From: Candidatus Heimdallarchaeota archaeon
GTDB lineage: Archaea; Asgardarchaeota; Heimdallarchaeia; JABLTI01
Length of the DNA: 64,000 nucleotides
Direction: 5' to 3'
Assembly (NCBI GenBank): GCA_018238155.1
Contig: JABCTZ010000012.1
Coordinates: forward strand, 29,254 to 93,253
This document shows, in pieces, positions 16,240 through 27,383 of this stretch. The translations under genes and the position numbers were made by a program. The notes beneath the pieces were generated by a model. It saw only the letters and a list, made by a program, of their open reading frames with translations. It did no database searches and was not told where the DNA came from. Each line of letters opens with the position of its first letter. Positions within the stretch are counted from its first letter, which is position 1.

Positions 16240-18105
16240 TCACCTTTTAGTAAAAGCATCGTAGGGACAGATTATTCTACAGACGCCACATCCAATACAA
16301 GTCGCTTCATCAACAAAAGCTTTCTTTTTCTCATAATCGAATGTAATTGATGGACAAGCAAAAGTCCGCACACAAGTTCTGCATCCAATACAGATGTCTT
16401 CATCTACGAAAAACTTTTCGATTTTCTCTTTAGCTCTTTTTGCTAATCGAGCGTATTCTAAAGCACAATCTCTTCTTGAGATGATTACAGAGAGCTCTCC
16501 ACTATCAAGTGCTTTTCCTATGACTTCTATAGTATGTTCGAGGTCATATGGATCAACTATCTCAAGATTTTTGATCCCAATTCCTTTGCAAACTTGTTCG
16601 ATAGTTACAATACCTGCAGGTTCACCAAAAGCTGTTTTACCTAATTCTGGTGTTGGTTGACCGCCTGTCATTGCTGTTAGATGATTGTCAACAATTACTA
16701 AGACAAACTTTGCATTGTTTACGATAGCATTAACTAAAGCGGGAATACCCGTGTGGAAGAATGTACTATCTCCTATTACAGGAATAATTGTTTGATTTGT
16801 TGCATGAGCCAATCCATTTGCAATACCTATTGATGAACCCATTGAAACAGTAGTATCAACAGAGCTCAGAGGAGCCATAAATCCAAGTGTATAACAACCA
16901 ATGTCTCCTGGCATTATTGCTTTGATTTGCCGTTTCTTTGTCGCTTTTTTAATTGCTATGAATGTTGCTCTATGAGGACAGCCTGGACAAAGCTCAGGAG
17001 GTCTGATTGGTAATTGTCCATTAATCTCTGTTTGAGATGGCAAGTCATCTTCATGTTCAACAATTTTTAAATCCATAACTTTTGTGAAAGCACGTTTCAA
17101 AATCAGTGGATTCAGTTCATTTGAAATTGGGATAGCTCCTTCCTTTCTTCCAAATATTTTAACATTAATACCATTTTCTGCTGCTAAAGCCTTCACCAAC
17201 AATTCAAAGTAAGGTTCAACTTCTTCAGCAATAAGACATTTAGGATTTTCTTTTAATAATTCAATTATTTTCGCTTCTGGAAGGGGGTTGCTAAAACCTA
17301 TTTTATAAATAGTGGGATCAATATTCATTTCTCTTATGGCGTCAATTACGTAAGTGTATGAAACACCAGAAGTAATAACTAGTAATGGATCTTTTCCTTT
17401 GGTTACAACATTCCATTTAGATTTACATGAATAATCTTTCATTTTATCTAGCTTTTGCAATAAAAGTGGTTTTGCTTTTCGAGCGCTACTTGGCAAACAA
17501 ACGAATTTTTCCGGGTTCTTAACAAATTCACCTTTAATATCTTCTCTCTTTGCAGGGATTTTACCAGTTACAACTGGAGCCCGAGAATGACTTAATCGTG
17601 TTGTAGAGCGTATGATAATCATTGATTCATTTTTTTCAGAGAAATCATAAGCGTATTTTACCATATCCAGTGCTTCTTGTGGAGTCGATGGTTCCATACA
17701 AATTGCGTGTGCAGCGAGTGCATACATTCTTGTGTCTTGTTCATTTTGACTCGAGTGAAAGCTTGGATCATCAGCAATGCACATAACAAATCCACCTTTC
17801 ATCCCACCAAATAATGCTGCAGTAAAGAATGGATCTGCTGCAACATTTAGTCCTACATGTTTTGCTACAGTAAAGGAACGTAAACCGCTCCATGCAGCAC
17901 CCAATGCCACTTCAAAGGCAATTTTTTCGTTGATTGACCACTCTGCATGCATTCCAGTATCTTTTCCGAATAAGGCAATATTCTCCATAATTTCAGTTGA
18001 AGGAGTACCAGGATATGCAGCAGCGACATCAACACCAGCTTCTAAGACACCTCTAGCTATGGCTTCATTGCCACTCAAAAGCATCTTAGTTATTTTATCT
18101 GACAA
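16240..18105 (-). CDS. iorA: Indolepyruvate:ferredoxin oxidoreductase alpha subunit
   Basis: LLSGNEAIARG, YPGTPSTEI, KHVGLNVAAD, SSQNEQD, RPPELCPGCPHR, GDIGCYTLG, GDSTFFHTG and two C-terminal 4Fe-4S motifs; probable TTG start at 18105. Confidence 0.95.
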   Translation of the reverse strand: MSDKITKMLLSGNEAIARGVLEAGVDVAAAYPGTPSTEIMENIALFGKDTGMHAEWSINEKIAFEVALGAAWSGLRSFTVAKHVGLNVAADPFFTAALFGGMKGGFVMCIADDPSFHSSQNEQDTRMYALAAHAICMEPSTPQEALDMVKYAYDFSEKNESMIIIRSTTRLSHSRAPVVTGKIPAKREDIKGEFVKNPEKFVCLPSSARKAKPLLLQKLDKMKDYSCKSKWNVVTKGKDPLLVITSGVSYTYVIDAIREMNIDPTIYKIGFSNPLPEAKIIELLKENPKCLIAEEVEPYFELLVKALAAENGINVKIFGRKEGAIPISNELNPLILKRAFTKVMDLKIVEHEDDLPSQTEINGQLPIRPPELCPGCPHRATFIAIKKATKKRQIKAIMPGDIGCYTLGFMAPLSSVDTTVSMGSSIGIANGLAHATNQTIIPVIGDSTFFHTGIPALVNAIVNNAKFVLVIVDNHLTAMTGGQPTPELGKTAFGEPAGIVTIEQVCKGIGIKNLEIVDPYDLEHTIEVIGKALDSGELSVIISRRDCALEYARLAKRAKEKIEKFFVDEDICIGCRTCVRTFACPSITFDYEKKKAFVDEATCIGCGVCRIICPYDAFTKR

Positions 18106-18373
18106 TTTAGTTAACCTTCTGTTTCTTTTTCTATACAAAATGAAAGTTCAACTCTATCTTTTGACTTTTCATCAAATTTAGTTGTTGTGACTTTCTTAAT
18201 ATCTGTAATATTCCATTTAATATCTGAATGATACCAAAAATATTAGGTCGGAAGACCCTTTTTAACTTCTTTCTTCTCTCTACTTTTGATAAAGGTTTCC
18301 TAGAAATCAAAAGTTTTTTAATTACATATAATAAGGACACATTAGACTTTTGCTTTTGAAACGGTGATTGATT

Positions 18374-19429
18374 ATGAATACAATGGAATGGATTTGGTTA
18401 GCAATAATATTTGTTTTTGCATTTGGAGCAACCTTCTTTCTAACTTGGTTTCTAAGTAAATACTTTCTGAATAAAGGCATTTATGGTCACGATGTTCATA
18501 AAGCAACTAAACCAAAAGTAGCAGAAATGGGTGGAGTCGGTTTTGTCATCGTTATGTTAGTTGTAATCATTAGCTGCATTTTTATTTACCGAGACTTTTG
18601 GCAACACTTCACTGTAGCAGCAATTGCCATCTTACTTGTGGGCTTGATTGGCATTTGGGATGATTTGAAAACTTTAGGAGCAATTACAAAACCTTTCTTA
18701 TTATTAATACCTAGTTTACCGATTATAATTTGGCAATTAATTGCCAATCCTTCCCTTGTAAACGAAGAGCTCATGCTCTTTTTCCCAAATCCATACTTGC
18801 CTTTAATTGGTTCAATTAGAATAACAGTTATTTATTGGCTTTTAGTTCCATTTGCAATTACTGTTCTTTCTAACTCAACAAATATGTTAGATGTTATGAA
18901 TGGTTCTTCTCCAGTTACTATGATGTTTGTTTCTGGAACAGCAATAATTTCCACTATCGTGCTCTATGTTAAAGGCGTAGTCAATGTACCTGGTATAGTC
19001 TTGTCAATTTTGCTATTCAGTTGTTTATTCGCATTCTTTTGGTTTAATAGATATCCCGCAAAGATTTTCTGTGGAGACACGGGAAGTTTAACAATGGGTG
19101 CCATGATAGCTTTAATAGCGATTTTTGGTCGTATAGAATTAATAATCATAATCGCAATGATGCCTCAGATAATGAATGCATTCCAGATTATTTCAAGTGT
19201 TCGTGGTTTTAGAGAACGAAGACAAATAAAAGAGCGACCAATAAAAGTACTTAAGGATGATAAAATGGCAGCAAATCCTCATAGAAAAGCACCTCTAACA
19301 TTGACTCGTTGGATTGTTGCAAGAGAACCTTTGAAAGAGTTTGAAATAGTCTCATCTATGGGTCTGATATCATTCTTTTCGAGTTTGTTAGGTATTGCTA
19401 CTATGCTTTTAATCGTAATTGCAATGTAA
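18374..19429 (+). CDS. aglH: UDP-GlcNAc:dolichyl-phosphate GlcNAc-1-phosphate transferase (AglH/GPT, MraY-like family)
   Basis: DVHK...VAEMGG, GIWDD, NSTNMLDVMNG and YPAKIFCGDTG motifs; multiple TM helices. Confidence 0.85.
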   Translation: MNTMEWIWLAIIFVFAFGATFFLTWFLSKYFLNKGIYGHDVHKATKPKVAEMGGVGFVIVMLVVIISCIFIYRDFWQHFTVAAIAILLVGLIGIWDDLKTLGAITKPFLLLIPSLPIIIWQLIANPSLVNEELMLFFPNPYLPLIGSIRITVIYWLLVPFAITVLSNSTNMLDVMNGSSPVTMMFVSGTAIISTIVLYVKGVVNVPGIVLSILLFSCLFAFFWFNRYPAKIFCGDTGSLTMGAMIALIAIFGRIELIIIIAMMPQIMNAFQIISSVRGFRERRQIKERPIKVLKDDKMAANPHRKAPLTLTRWIVAREPLKEFEIVSSMGLISFFSSLLGIATMLLIVIAM

Positions 19430-19561
19430 AAATGCCTTTTTCGCCCTTTTTCGCTCAATGTATTCTCTAGATAGCATCACCATTGATACCAGAAAAATGT
19501 CTTGGTCGCACACGGGTTTTTAATATTTCAACTCTATTTGTACATATATCAGGTGAGGACA

Positions 19562-20701
19562 ATGGAATCTTTTATCAAAAATATCACTGAAAAAGAGCAA
19601 GTACCAAAGCTCTTTACAACTGAAGAATCAAAGTATGACTCTCAAGATGTTGATCAAGATTTACGAAGGATTATTGAGGACATCCAAGCGAAAATATTGG
19701 TTATAGGCGTTGGTGGTGCGGGAAATAACGCAGTCACAAGATTAAACCAATCTGGCCTTGTTGGAGCAATCACTCTAACAGCAAACACTGATGCACAACA
19801 ATTGCTCTTCTCAAAGAGTCATAAGAAGATGCTCTTAGGTAGAGAGCTCTGCAGAGGACTTGGTGCAGGTAATGATCCACAAATAGGTGCAGAAGCTGCT
19901 GATGAATCAAGTGAAACCTTGAAAGGAATTCTAACACAAGTTGACATGGTCTTTATTGTTTGTGGACTTGGTGGTGGAACCGGAACTGGTGCTGCCCCTG
20001 TTATTGCACGTTTAGCTAAAAATCTGGGCGTTTTAACAGTATCAATATGCACTCTCCCATTTGATGTCGAAGGAAAGATGAAAGCTCTACATGCTAAAGA
20101 AGGTTTGAGAAGATTATATGAAAGCAGTGACACAACAATTGTTGTTCCAAATGAAAAATTAATTGAAATTGTTCCTGAACTATCATTAAAAGAAGCTTTC
20201 TTAGTTGCAGATGAAATACTCATTCGTGCTGTTACCGGATTAACGGAACTTATTAATCGACCAGGAGATGTTAATGTTGATTTCGCAGATGTTCGTCGAG
20301 TTCTAGGTGAAGGTGGAGCGGCAATAATTGGTCTTGGAGAATCTAGCAGTGCAGATAATAGAGCTAAAGAAGCTGTTGAAGATGCTTTAAGCAATCCATT
20401 GCTCGAAGTTGATATTCGTACTGCGAAAAGTGTTTTGCTAAATATTACTGGTGGTAAAGATCTCAATCTAAAGCAAACAGAAGAAGTTATACGTGCTGTA
20501 ACAGATCAACTCAGTACAGATATCATCGTTAAATTTGGTGTTTTGATTGATCCCGATCTTCAAGGAACAATTAGAGCAACAATAGTTGTTTCCGGAGTTA
20601 GAAGCCCCTATATTCTTTCAAATATGCAAGATTCACCTTCCACAGAAATGGATTATGATTTAGAAGACGACCTTGATTTAGGGCTCGAAACATTTGAATA
20701 A
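19562..20701 (+). CDS. ftsZ: Cell division protein FtsZ (FtsZ1-type context)
   Basis: VIGVGGAGNNA, NTDAQQL, GLGAG, GLGGGTGTGAAP and NVDFADV motifs; ATG 19562 follows AGGTGAGG. Confidence 0.97.
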   Translation: MESFIKNITEKEQVPKLFTTEESKYDSQDVDQDLRRIIEDIQAKILVIGVGGAGNNAVTRLNQSGLVGAITLTANTDAQQLLFSKSHKKMLLGRELCRGLGAGNDPQIGAEAADESSETLKGILTQVDMVFIVCGLGGGTGTGAAPVIARLAKNLGVLTVSICTLPFDVEGKMKALHAKEGLRRLYESSDTTIVVPNEKLIEIVPELSLKEAFLVADEILIRAVTGLTELINRPGDVNVDFADVRRVLGEGGAAIIGLGESSSADNRAKEAVEDALSNPLLEVDIRTAKSVLLNITGGKDLNLKQTEEVIRAVTDQLSTDIIVKFGVLIDPDLQGTIRATIVVSGVRSPYILSNMQDSPSTEMDYDLEDDLDLGLETFE

Positions 20702-20710
20702 ATACAAAAA

Positions 20711-20760
20711 GAAAAGGAGAGCCTTCTTTCTCCTTTTCAATTATTTTTCTTTAAGAATTG
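20711..20760. terminator. Bidirectional hairpin between convergent ftsZ and MFS genes
   Basis: GAAAAGGAGA(20711-20720)/TCTCCTTTTC(20729-20738) perfect 10-bp stem, with A-tract on the left and T-rich tract on the right. Confidence 0.6.
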
Positions 20761-20769
20761 TTTTGTTAT

Positions 20770-22245
20770 TTAATCTCCGTCACCATATTTTATGTCTGCT
20801 GATTTCGTTCCATCAAAAACTTGTTGCATGCTATCTAATTCATCAAACTTTTCGCTATTGCTTTCTATTGTTTCTTCTAATTGATAATCGGAAGACATCA
20901 AATTTCTTTTGTTAGAATAAATCAGTCCAATAATAATTACTATTGTGCATATTCCTGAAGCTCCTAGAAGGACATACATTGGGAGAACATAATTAGCGAT
21001 TATTGCTACAATTCCCATTCCTACTAATTGAGCAATACCTTGAACGAGTTGTTGTGTGCCAAAAACTCTGCCTTGTTTTTCATATGGAATAGTTTCTTGT
21101 ATAAGTGTGGAAGATGGAATATTGATTAAAACGATTATTATACCAAAACTGAACATAATGCCCATCATTGCCCACTTATTTCTTACTGTTGCAAAGAGGT
21201 ACATTGCCACTGTAGCTAATAAAAAGGCTACATTGAGTAGTAATATTTTTCGTTTAATTTTCCCAAAACTCATTAGAATGATTGCTGTAATTATTCCTGA
21301 AGCACCCATTAAAGCTTGCATAACACCATACATTGTTTGATCTAATCTCATTTCACCTTGTAGAATGACTATGAATAGAACGTTTATTGCTCCAAAGGTA
21401 AAAGTTATCATCGAAAAAATCAAGAGCATGTAGGTTATCTTTGGATGCTCTCGTATAGTCCGATAACCAACAACAATATCCTTTGTGATGCTTTTCATTT
21501 CTTGTCTTATGTTTTGACTTCTTTCTCTATGAACTTTTGGCGGTTTCTTACCTATGAAGAAAATACCTCCAATCAACAATCCCGAAATAAGAAAAGTACT
21601 TGCATTAAAACTGAAGCTTAACAAATAGCTTTTAGCTGCAAGAAATCCTGCTAAAAGGTACCCAACAATAGTTGCAATTTGGAATACAGTTGATCCAATA
21701 GAGTTAGCTACTAAGAGATTTTTCTTTTTAACAATTAATCGTGTATAAGCGTTTCTCGCAGGAAAGAAGAATGCCGCAGAAGAGGAATTTATGAAACAAA
21801 GAATGAACAATGGAACTAATAACCATGTATAATTTATTGTTGTAACTAATATAGTAATGCCATATGATGCTTGTTGCGTTATTGTTATTACTGTTAAAAT
21901 ATCCTTCAAAACATAGACAACCACAAAACCGATAGCTGCAATGCAGCTAATGATATTTGAATAAAGCATTATTTTTCTCTGATCAAATCTATCCGTATAT
22001 ACTCCTGCAAATGGTGCAATAATAACGTAAGGTAATAACCAAATAATTGCTAGCATACCCATTAGTAATGGACTACCTGTCAATTCAAAGATAAGAAATT
22101 CAATAGCTAACCCTGAAACTGCTCTACCAATATTTTCTGCAAATTGTGCTGCAAAGAGAACCATAAATGGCTTGTTTGTTAAAACTTCTTTGATAGATGG
22201 TTTATCTGATATAGCTGTTGTCTCATTAATTGTGTTCGTTTCCAA
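20770..22245 (-). CDS. MFS transporter (macrolide-efflux/DHA3-like)
   Basis: Motif A GVYTDRFDQRKIM; IQETIP...GRVFG; about 12 TM segments. Confidence 0.88.
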   Translation of the reverse strand: METNTINETTAISDKPSIKEVLTNKPFMVLFAAQFAENIGRAVSGLAIEFLIFELTGSPLLMGMLAIIWLLPYVIIAPFAGVYTDRFDQRKIMLYSNIISCIAAIGFVVVYVLKDILTVITITQQASYGITILVTTINYTWLLVPLFILCFINSSSAAFFFPARNAYTRLIVKKKNLLVANSIGSTVFQIATIVGYLLAGFLAAKSYLLSFSFNASTFLISGLLIGGIFFIGKKPPKVHRERSQNIRQEMKSITKDIVVGYRTIREHPKITYMLLIFSMITFTFGAINVLFIVILQGEMRLDQTMYGVMQALMGASGIITAIILMSFGKIKRKILLLNVAFLLATVAMYLFATVRNKWAMMGIMFSFGIIIVLINIPSSTLIQETIPYEKQGRVFGTQQLVQGIAQLVGMGIVAIIANYVLPMYVLLGASGICTIVIIIGLIYSNKRNLMSSDYQLEETIESNSEKFDELDSMQQVFDGTKSADIKYGDGD

Positions 22246-22450
22246 GGTAATCACATCATACCATTCAATTTTTTTTGAATATTTAATTTCTTATTAACAT
22301 TTTGTTATATCCTATTTCTAACAAAAATTTGCATGAATGAAGCGATAAGACTGAGCAAATCAAAACTCGAATGCTTACAAAAGATTTTAAAATATTGATT
22401 TAACTTTAGAATCAGAACTTAATAAAAAATAGTAATACGGAGTTATCCCG

Positions 22451-22627
22451 ATGAACATTGGAGAATTCTTCACAAGAAGTAGACGATTATTAGTTCACAG
22501 CAAACGACCTGACCGTAAAGAAATTTGGTTAACAGTTAGAATTACTGCTATTGGTATCTTAATTATTGGTACAGTTGGATTTCTAATACACATCCTCTTC
22601 ACAGTAATTATCCCTAAACCAGCGTAA
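22451..22627 (+). CDS. secE: Protein translocase subunit SecE / Sec61-gamma (58 aa, missing from the ORF track)
   Basis: Manual translation MNIGEFFTRSRRLLVHSKRPDRKEIWLTVRITAIGILIIGTVGFLIHILFTVIIPKPA* shows the KP/RP-x-x-x-E hinge and G...IG..GF TM; GGAG upstream; canonical position before spt5. Confidence 0.93.
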   Translation: MNIGEFFTRSRRLLVHSKRPDRKEIWLTVRITAIGILIIGTVGFLIHILFTVIIPKPA

Positions 22628-22826
22628 GTTTACTACTAGCTATCTTAATTTGTAGCTACTCTTATATCCTTTTATTTTATGCAAATGGATATAGGAGTCG
22701 TAAAATCTTTTTAGTATAAAAAAAATCTTGAATATGTTCCTTAGAAGGAACAAGTTTTTATGGAGCTTTAAAAGAAGATTAATATACCAAAGAACATCGG
22801 TTTGAACCGAATGGGATGGAATACCT

Positions 22827-23390
22827 ATGACTATCTGGACTTTACGTGCGACCATTGGTCAAGAAAAAGCAATTGCCAAACATATTCACTCTAAAATAGA
22901 AAATAATAAAATTGATGTTTGGTCTCTTCTGATACCTGAAGCTTTAAGAGGTTATATTTTCATTGAATCGGATTCTATTCAAAGCATTGATAGTGCTGTT
23001 CAAGGTATCCCTCATGTAAGAAATAAGGTCGTTGGTGAAGTAGAAATAATCGAGTTGGAAAGTTTCTTAGTGCCTAAACCAACAATTGAAGGATTACATA
23101 TTAATGATCTCATTGAGATAATTAGCGGTCCTTTCAAAGGTAGTCGTGCAAAGATAAACAGAATAGATGTAGGGCGAGAAGAAGTTACTGTAGAATTATT
23201 AGATTCACAAATACCAATTCCTATTAAATTACACTCTGATTTCTGCAAAGTAATTGAAAGTGCTGCAGATGAGATTTCTGAAGAGGATCTTGCAAAATTA
23301 ATTGCTGAAAGCGAAAAAATTACCGGTAAATCTGATGGCAAGAAAGGTGAAAAAGATGATGATGTTTTCACTGAACTCTTCAAATCTTAG
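22827..23390 (+). CDS. spt5: Transcription elongation factor Spt5/NusG
   Basis: NGN domain (TIGQEK, LRGYIFIE) and KOW (IEIISGPFKG), plus an acidic C-terminal extension. Confidence 0.95.
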   Translation: MTIWTLRATIGQEKAIAKHIHSKIENNKIDVWSLLIPEALRGYIFIESDSIQSIDSAVQGIPHVRNKVVGEVEIIELESFLVPKPTIEGLHINDLIEIISGPFKGSRAKINRIDVGREEVTVELLDSQIPIPIKLHSDFCKVIESAADEISEEDLAKLIAESEKITGKSDGKKGEKDDDVFTELFKS

Positions 23391-23595
23391 ATTGTTTTTC
23401 ATATCTTCTCGAAAAATACTCTAGTTTTCCTCTCTTTTTCATTGTTTTAATATCATCAAATTGACAAAGCTTTTTTATGTAACCAATATTTGAAAAAGTA
23501 CTGTTAGAGATATGTTTGGAATGAGAACGAAAGTTCATAACCTCAAACTCACTAGCATCTCAAGATAACAGAAGTAAAGAAAGAGGCTAATACTA

Positions 23596-25407
23596 TTGTC
23601 AACCAAAAGAGTTGGAAAAATCTTAAAGATTTCTGGACCTGTCATTGAAGCTGACGGTATGCTCGGTAGTTCTATGTATGAAGTTTGTAAAGTCGGTGAG
23701 GAAGGTCTTATTGGTGAAATTATCCGGATTCAAGGCGATATCTGTACTATCCAAGTTTATGAAGAAACTGATGGTATTCTACCAAATGAAAAAGTCATTG
23801 GTACGGGTGCAGGTTTAAGCGCGGAATTGGCTCCTGGATTGATCGGTCAAATTTATGATGGTATTCAAAGACCCTTACCGTTAATTCTCGAAAAAACTCA
23901 AGATGATTTCATCCGAAGAGGCGTAATTGCCATTCCCTTAGAATATGATAAGAAATGGCCTTTTGTTCCAACTCTTGAAAAAGGAGCAAAAGTTACCACA
24001 GGTGATATTATCGGTACGGTTCAAGAAGGACCGGTTGTAAATCACAAAGTTATGATCCCCCCAAAAGTTAGCGGGACAATTACTAGTATTGCCAAAGCAG
24101 ATGATTATACAGTTATTGACCCAATAGTTACCGTGAAATCCAATGGTACTGAACTAGAACTCCCTATGCTTCAAAAATGGCCTGTAAGATTTGGTCGCCC
24201 AATCAAGGAGCGATTAGAACCTTCAATTCCTCTTATAACTGGTCAAAGAATTTTTGATACGTTCTTTCCAATAGCCAAAGGTGGAACCAGTGCAATTCCT
24301 GGTGGTTTTGGAACTGGAAAAACAGTTTCACAGCATCAATTGGCCAAATGGTCTGATGCAGAAATTGTTGTCTATATTGGTTGTGGTGAACGTGGAAATG
24401 AAATGACTAACGTACTTGAAGACTTTCCAGAATTAATCGATCCAAATACTGGCGAACCCTTGATGAATAGAACTATTCTCATAGCCAATACAAGCAATAT
24501 GCCTGTTGCTGCTCGAGAAGCGAGCGTGTACACTGGCATGACTCTTGCAGAATACTATCGCGATATGGGTTATAATGTTGCCTTGATGGCTGATAGCACT
24601 TCTCGATGGGCAGAAGCAATGAGAGAAATTTCCGGAAGATTAGAAGAAATGCCTGGTGAAGCAGGTTATCCTGCATATTTAGCAAGCAAAATCGCTCAAT
24701 TTTATGAGCGTGCAGGTCGTGTAACTACTTTATCAACTGTTGAACGACAAGGTTCAATTACAATTACTGGTGCTGTTAGTCCTCCTGGTGGAGATTTTTC
24801 CGAACCGGTAACTCAGAACACCTTAAGAATCACAAAGGTCTTTTGGGCTCTAAGTAAAGATTTAGCCGCACGAAGACACTTTCCCGCAATTGATTACTTG
24901 AACTCTTATACTCTGTATGTAAATGAGCTCGCTCCATGGTTTGCAGAGAACGTTGACTCAAGATTCCAATCTTATCGTTCGGAAGCTATGGCCCTCTTAC
25001 AAAAAGACAAAGAATTAGAAGATATTGTGCAACTTGTCGGTCCAGAAGCATTACCCGAATCAGAGAAAATTATTCTGGAATCAGCACGAATGATTAAGGA
25101 AGATTTTCTCCAACAAAATGCTTTCAATGAAGTGGATAGTTTCTCTTCACTTGAAAAACAATGGTTGATGTTGAAAATAATAATTGACTTTTATCATAAA
25201 ATGAGTGAACTATATACTCTCGGTGTTAAACTTCCTGAAATGATGAATTTACCAATCATAGATTTGATCACTCGAATGAAATATATCCCTAATAATATTG
25301 CTGGTAAAGAGCTTGGTGCAATTCTTGCAGAAATTGAAACTCTGCAAGCCGATGCAATCACAAATCGCATTGGTGGCAGAATGAAGACTGATTTAAAAGA
25401 TAAATAG
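23596..25407 (+). CDS. atpA: A/V-type ATP synthase subunit A
   Basis: GGFGTGKT Walker [34 protein letters not shown]; TTG start after GAGG; no intein. Confidence 0.97.
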   Translation: MSTKRVGKILKISGPVIEADGMLGSSMYEVCKVGEEGLIGEIIRIQGDICTIQVYEETDGILPNEKVIGTGAGLSAELAPGLIGQIYDGIQRPLPLILEKTQDDFIRRGVIAIPLEYDKKWPFVPTLEKGAKVTTGDIIGTVQEGPVVNHKVMIPPKVSGTITSIAKADDYTVIDPIVTVKSNGTELELPMLQKWPVRFGRPIKERLEPSIPLITGQRIFDTFFPIAKGGTSAIPGGFGTGKTVSQHQLAKWSDAEIVVYIGCGERGNEMTNVLEDFPELIDPNTGEPLMNRTILIANTSNMPVAAREASVYTGMTLAEYYRDMGYNVALMADSTSRWAEAMREISGRLEEMPGEAGYPAYLASKIAQFYERAGRVTTLSTVERQGSITITGAVSPPGGDFSEPVTQNTLRITKVFWALSKDLAARRHFPAIDYLNSYTLYVNELAPWFAENVDSRFQSYRSEAMALLQKDKELEDIVQLVGPEALPESEKIILESARMIKEDFLQQNAFNEVDSFSSLEKQWLMLKIIIDFYHKMSELYTLGVKLPEMMNLPIIDLITRMKYIPNNIAGKELGAILAEIETLQADAITNRIGGRMKTDLKDK

Positions 25408-25421
25408 TGGAGCGAACGAAA

Positions 25422-26879
25422 ATGACTGAAACACCAAAAATTAATCCAGAAGCACTTGCTAAGAGAGTATTTAAAACTGCAACAGAAGTTACTGGTCCCT
25501 TGTTATTTGTGGACCTGAAAGGCAAAGCAGGAGTATCCTATGGTGAAATCGCTCGAATAAAGCTCCCTAATGGAGAGATACGCTCTGGTCAAATTCTTGA
25601 AGTATCACGAGATATTGCTGTTGTGCAACTTTTCGAAGGCACTTCTGGAATGGATGTCGAAAAAACAACTGTTCAATTTCTTGGAGAAACAATGAAACTC
25701 CCTGTATCTAGTGATCTTCTTGGTAGAATTTTCGATGGTAGAGGTGAACCTCTTGATAAACAACCACCAATTATTGCTGTAGATGAGTGGCCTATAAATG
25801 GCTCCCCAATTAATCCATATGCCAGACAATATCCTCGTGAGTTTATACAAACAGGTATTTCATCTATTGATGGTTTGTTTACTCTTATTCGGGGGCAAAA
25901 ATTACCTATCTTCTCTGCAAGTGGTTTGCCACATAATGAAGTTGCAGCCCAAATTGCTAGGCAAGCTGCAGTATTAGGTGCTCAAGCTGATTTCGCGGTA
26001 GTCTTTGCTGCAATGGGAATCACAGCAGAAGAAGCACAATATTTTAGAAAAGAATTCGAAAAGAGTGGCGCACTTGATAGAGTAGTCCTTTTCTTGAATT
26101 TAGCAGATGATCCCGCTATTGAACGAATTCTTACTCCAAGGTTAGCTCTCACTGCTGCAGAATATCTTGCTTACGAATGTGATATGCACTTGTTGGTTAT
26201 TCTTACAGATATGACAAACTATGCAGAAAGTTTGCGCGAAATTGGTGCAGCAAGAGAGGAAGTCCCAGGTAGACGAGGCTTCCCTGGTTATCTTTATTCT
26301 GATTTAGCATCTATCTATGAACGTGCTGGAAGAATTAAAGGACGTAAAGGATCAATTACCCAGATGCCCATTCTTTCTATGCCAAATGATGACATGACGC
26401 ACCCAGTACCTGATTTATCTGGATATATTACAGAAGGACAAATTATTTTGGATCGAGGGTTGCATAGACGAGGTATCTATCCTCCAATAAACGTAGGACC
26501 TTCTCTAAGCCGGTTACAAAAAGAAGGTATTGGCAAAGGTTTAACGCGTAGAGATCATAGAGAATTAGCTGAACAATTATACTATGCGAATGCCCGGGGT
26601 AACGATTTACGTAATCTTGTTGCTGTAGTTGGAGAAGAATCTCTTACAGAAGAGGATCATCGTTTCTTGAAATTTGCTGATGAATTTGAACAAAAATTCC
26701 TAAAACAAGGACGAGATGAAAATAGAAACATCTTTGAATCTCTAGATATTGGTTGGGAATTACTTAAAATCTTCCCAAATCCAAAAAGAGAGTTAAAGCG
26801 TATTTCAGAAGAAACAATTGATTTCTTTCATTTGGAAAGACGTGATCCAAAAACAAATTACGATTCAAGAGAAGTCTAA
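25422..26879 (+). CDS. atpB: A/V-type ATP synthase subunit B
   Basis: [52 protein letters not shown]. Confidence 0.97.
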   Translation: MTETPKINPEALAKRVFKTATEVTGPLLFVDLKGKAGVSYGEIARIKLPNGEIRSGQILEVSRDIAVVQLFEGTSGMDVEKTTVQFLGETMKLPVSSDLLGRIFDGRGEPLDKQPPIIAVDEWPINGSPINPYARQYPREFIQTGISSIDGLFTLIRGQKLPIFSASGLPHNEVAAQIARQAAVLGAQADFAVVFAAMGITAEEAQYFRKEFEKSGALDRVVLFLNLADDPAIERILTPRLALTAAEYLAYECDMHLLVILTDMTNYAESLREIGAAREEVPGRRGFPGYLYSDLASIYERAGRIKGRKGSITQMPILSMPNDDMTHPVPDLSGYITEGQIILDRGLHRRGIYPPINVGPSLSRLQKEGIGKGLTRRDHRELAEQLYYANARGNDLRNLVAVVGEESLTEEDHRFLKFADEFEQKFLKQGRDENRNIFESLDIGWELLKIFPNPKRELKRISEETIDFFHLERRDPKTNYDSREV

Positions 26880-27022
26880 TCTTTTAGTCCTCTCTAACTC
26901 TTTCTTTCTTTTTTTAGCTCTTTCTAGAATATTTTTGTCAGTAGTATACTTACAACAAAGACAATTATGAAAATATTCTCTTCTCTAAAAAAAATATCTA
27001 TATCAGCATTTGAACTGATGTT

Positions 27023-27292
27023 TTGGAGAGCAAAAGATTTGAAATATTCACTACCAGAACTTGGTTTGAAACCAGAATGTTACCTGTTATGAGAAAACTT
27101 GTTATTCAATATCTTATTGAAAACCTTGAAGAAGCAGGCTTTCGTGAAATTCTGATAATTACCAGTAAAAACAAACGAACAATCGATGCTCAGTTACAAC
27201 GAGGTCCTCTATTACTTGAGGATTTAAGACGAAGAAACAAATATCACAAAATGAAATTAGATATGATACCGTACATTTCCGTTTTATGCTAA
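27023..27292 (+). pseudogene. Fragment of a GalU-like sugar-phosphate nucleotidyltransferase
   Basis: MLPVMRKLVIQYLIENLEEAGFREILIITSKNKRTID resembles GalU EMLPIVDKPxIQYxVEE...GIxxIxIVTxxxKxxIE; the GxGTR motif and the C-terminal two-thirds are absent. Confidence 0.6.
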
Positions 27293-27383
27293 AGCGTTAA
27301 TTGTTATGTTTTTAAGATGAAAAAATCGGTCCTGAAATTAAAGACCATATTCTAAAATTAAATTTGAATAAGATTATTCTTTT

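Noticed and set aside
19819-20466. 215-aa antisense ORF within ftsZ
   Set aside because: Fully overlaps a conserved gene on the opposite strand and has no recognisable motifs.
22640-22855. 71-aa minus-strand ORF between secE and spt5
   Set aside because: Low-complexity AT-rich translation that overlaps the spt5 start and promoter; likely spurious.
23596-25407. Intein in ATP synthase subunit A (a common insertion site)
   Set aside because: Length is 603 aa and the GKTV region is uninterrupted.
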